DNA of 64,000 bases from the human T2T-CHM13v2.0 reference genome, Homo sapiens. The translations under genes were made by a program, and so were the position numbers. The notes under the pieces are model-generated. The model had not been told where the DNA came from. It made no database searches and was given only the letters and a program-made list of their open reading frames with translations. Position 1 is the first letter of the stretch, and each line of letters opens with the position of its first letter. The stretch lies in NCBI RefSeq assembly GCF_009914755.1, contig NC_060941.1; one strand, given 5' to 3'. This document shows positions 60,131-64,000 of the stretch, piece after piece.

Positions 60131-62183
60131 TTTTAAATCTACATATGCCTACTAAACCGCACTGCTTTGATATATATTTTATGCTAGAAAATGAACTAGG
60201 CACTTTCATGATGTTATTGTCTATTTTGTGGGAAAATATCATCATCATCACTTTCCCAGGCCAGGACATGATATGTGTGCAGGATAAGGCCATAGCTCCC
60301 TGACATCTGGAACTCTTCCTGCATTGGGGAGGGTGGGCCTGATGCCACAATGGGGTCAGGTGGGTGCTAATTCCCAACTCCACAGGTGCAGGGCTTGGAA
60401 AACAGAGGACAGCCAGGTCAGAGCTGTGGTCCTGCAATGGACTGAGGATATAGAAGAGTCTGTATTGCCATGGGGGTCCAGGGACTGCAGGAGGTGGGAG
60501 AGGAGCAATCAGAAGATATATCCTGTGTGAGGAAGAGCAGAGCACAAGGGATGAGGCCCCAAGAAAAGGGCAAGAAGGGAGGGACCTCTTGCTTAACAGC
60601 TCAGTATTACAGGCATCTAGAGGTGAGGGCACAGCCACTGGCTCCAAATGTACTATCTCTGACATTTGTTATTTTGGTGCAAGGACTGGGAGAAAGTTCT
60701 GCACTGTACAGAGCCTGCCCAGGAATGGTAGAGGATACCACAAAGCTTGTGGATGAGCAGTCAAGGCTGTCCTGTGGGCAGGGGCTCCAGGGCATGTGAG
60801 CCACCCTGGAGCTGTGGATAGGGCCAGGCCTCCCAGGAGGGGCCCACACCAGCCTTTCTCTCTCACTCTTTCTGAATCAAGAATGTTGAACACACAATGA
60901 AAAGTCCAACTTACAAAAAGAAAGTATTTGCCTGATGAGGTTAGAACTGGTATTATAATTAGTTTGCCGATCTATATATTGTGACAGAAAGCAGATCAGT
61001 TGTTGCTTGGGGTGGAGCATGGCAGGAGAGGCAGGAGGAAGAGATCACAAAGGAGCACAAGAAAACCTATGGGGGATGGACATGCTCGCTGTCTTGATAA
61101 CAGTGATGGTTTCACGGGTGCACAAGTCCTCCTATTATATGTCAGTCACCCCTCAGTGAGGCTGTTATGCATCCTCCCGACACACAGACACACAGACACA
61201 CACACACACGTAGTTGCAATGAAATGGTTTAAGATACACTTGAGTTCCAAAAGTACACGCTCTCCAAGCCTGCCAATTTGGCTCTTCCAAGTGTCCCAGT
61301 CACTAGGGAGCAAGACCAACATTTGGCCTGACTCCAGCTGCAACATGGCTGTTGACACTACTTCAGGTTCAAAGTTCTGGGACTCCATGAAGCCCCAACA
61401 GAGAAGGAAAGACTACCAACCACACATCTGACTTGCCCCTGACTACTACACACAGGAAATCACTGGAGCTTCTGACTTGAACTTTAAAATCTGTGGGCCC
61501 AAGACAGGAGATGTCCCTCCCAACCCCTCTCCCCCCATTCATGGGAAAAGTGGCAATTGAGAGTGGAGGAGAGGATTAAAATACTAAGGGAATGAAACAC
61601 ATCTGAGGGTCCTCAGTTCATTGCTGAGAATGGCTGTTGGAATGATAACCACGCACCTTAGAGAACAAGAATTGTGGGTAATTTTCCTTCCTGCAAACAG
61701 TATGTTTCTTTACTAGTTTCTTACTGCAGGAGGCTTTAAAGCTCCATAGAATATCTTCAGTAATAAGGAACAAAACGAAAAATAAAAAATAACGGTAATT
61801 GTCACAGCTAACAGATTGCTATTAGCAAAGATTTTCAGAAAGGTGTAAAAATCAGCAGGCTATATTTTTACCTAAATGATCCCTGCAGTCTATGAAGAGG
61901 TGCCTCCAAGGTAGCTAAGACACTGGCCTGCCATCACGGGACATTCCCGCCCTGGTCCAGGAGGCCTGAGCTGACCCTGTCCACTTCAGCTCCTCTGTGA
62001 AGTGATCGACTCTGGTGCTGATCACTTGTTCCCTCTGGTAATTGACAGCTGTTGCCAGGAAGCTGACCAAGGACATTGCTGAGGACCAGACAGGGGCAAA
62101 CAGGCTCCCACCCTGGGACCATTAGCACAGGGCTCTCACCATCTGAGCACCAGCTCCAGAGAAAAAGGAGAAAGAGTTGGAAA

Positions 62184-62700
62184 TGTTACCGGGAGGTGTG
62201 GGGTCTTCAGTTCTTGTCTTCTTGGAGGAAAGAATTCAGCCAAGAAGTAAGCAGTGACAGTGAAGCAGCTGCAGAGTTTATTTAAAGAGAGAGTACCCTC
62301 TAAAAGCCAAGTCAGAGCGGGCTGCTTGGAAAAAGAGACAGCGTTGATCTGCACTGGGAAAGTTCCCTTATGAGGGTCTTATATGATTATTCATAAAAGT
62401 GGTTGTGAAGGGGTGTTACTAGCAAACATGTTTTGGGTGGTCTCCTGGGTGCACATGCTGTATGGTCATACACGCTAGTACATATATCACACGTCTTAGT
62501 AATGTCTGAAATCTCCACCCAGGGGCGTGTTTTTTTTTTACCATTATAATGAGTAAATGTTACCTTCAGGGCAAGCCAAGTCGAAGTGTGCATGCTTGCT
62601 ATTAGGGAAAGCCCCTACTGAAGTTATCTCCTGTCAGGGTCAGATAAGTCCCAGTTAGGACCAGAGAAGCCAAACCTCAAGTCCAGATGTGGACTTGGGT
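62184..62700 (-). mobile_element. ERV1 LTR, subfamily unassigned
   Basis: tgttaccggg...gaaagaattcagccaag...gtttatt antisense LTR 3'-end signature. Confidence 0.55.
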
Positions 62701-63384
62701 GACTGAGGGTCTGAGGAGTGAATTGTTTGCTTCACAGTAAAATCTAAAACATTTATGCAGTACGTGAGTCGATGCATCTTCAACACAGGAGTGTCCAGCC
62801 TGGAAAACCAGGGGCCACCCTAGGGAAAGACCCAATGACATCACAATCTTTAAATAGGAATGAGAGGAACAAGGCTGGTGGACATCTCCCTGAGGGCATT
62901 AGTTTCCAAATATTTGAGCAAGGCCTCCTTTGCAAATCTGGGTGATGGTTATCAAGATAGGGACAAGAGGTATCCAGCAACAGGTGTATTTTATAAAAAT
63001 TAGTTATGTAAACGTTAAACATTTAGCTTGTAAAAATTAAAACACCACAGCAGTGTATTTGAAAAGTAAACATTTCTCATTATTACACCTACTAGAGATA
63101 ACTAGCAATGGCTAAACAAAAAGTTCGGTGCATGTTCTGTGTACACTGACTGCCTGAACCTTTCAAGTCTATTTGGCTTCTGATTTGGATAGGGAGAGTC
63201 AAGCACCAAGCTTGACTCAGGAGGGAGAGCACTATCCAAATGAATGTAGCTCCAGTATGAATAGCAAGAGTTTATATAGAAAGGGACTCACCTAAAAAGT
63301 TATCTGATTTTATTCAATTATTGAGCTTGACAGTAAAAGGTTGGATAACAAGGGATAGCTGTAATCACACACACGATGAGAACA

Positions 63385-63866
63385 CAAACTGCTTCTAATA
63401 TTCATAAACGAGTAAGTATCTGAGACAGGTCTCAATCAATTTAGAAGTTTATTTTGCCAAGATTAAGGACAAGTTGGAAGGAAAAAACACAGAATCATAT
63501 AAACAATCTGTGGTCTGTGCCTTTCTCCAAAGACGATGCTGAGGCTTCAATATTTAAAGGGGAAGAGTATGCTGGAGGGGAAAGAGGAAGGGTATGGCCA
63601 CATTACTGAATCCACACATTGCAAAAGAAAAGGATAAGGCAGGGGAATAGTCAATTTTGTATTCATCTTATGCTCAGTAAATCAGCACTTCACATAAGGT
63701 AAGATGAGGACAGAGCACCTACCTGTGGGGATATTTAACCTTCTATCTGGAGCTGTGTGCTTAGGAGCAAAAAGAAAGTCAGCTTCTTGCATGACTCAGC
63801 TTTCAGCTTAACTTTCTCCTTTTGGCAGAGTGAATTGGGGTCCCAAGTTTCTATTTTCCTTTCACA
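63385..63866 (-). mobile_element. MER4-family LTR
   Basis: tatctgagacaggtctcaatcaatttagaagtttattttgccaag ... tattttcctttcaca. Confidence 0.75.
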
Positions 63867-64000
63867 CATTTGAAACTAGACTTGATTTTGCTTAGAAATG
63901 TGACATTTATTTATACTTCTAAACAAAATCAAGGCTAGTTATCAATTGCCCATTTTCAGAGAATGAGAAAGCCCAAGAGCTCATGACTCCTTCCCATTTC

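Overview
Primate, very probably human, genomic DNA that is dense in repeats (Alu, L1, many ERV/MaLR solo LTRs, DNA transposons). It has one recognisable spliced gene model on the minus strand. A CpG-island promoter (~48.0-48.7 kb) drives a two-exon 221-codon ORF (48287-47861 joined to 32403-32165), whose peptide I recognise from memory as C17orf51/LINC02693, implying 17p11.2. There are two processed pseudogenes on the plus strand: RPL21 (~1.45-2.04 kb) and an old, heavily disrupted MARK2 kinase retrocopy (~29.66-32.25 kb). The MARK2 copy is split by a solo LTR with a 5-bp TSD, carries two tandem repeats that arose from its own coding sequence, and supplies, in antisense, the C-terminus of the C17orf51 ORF. 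Other points of interest are an orphan GC-rich block at 8.3-10.1 kb with clustered Sal-box-like (TTF-I) and CTCF-like motifs (possible ancient rDNA-spacer remnant), locally templated MST-LTR duplications at 40-42.7 kb, a MER41 LTR with tandem GAS motifs, and a 35-nt U2 snRNA retrofragment. I do not see a convincing new multi-gene system; most short ORFs in the track are repeat-derived noise. Repeat subfamily calls are from memory of consensus sequences, and boundaries are approximate unless a TSD is cited.
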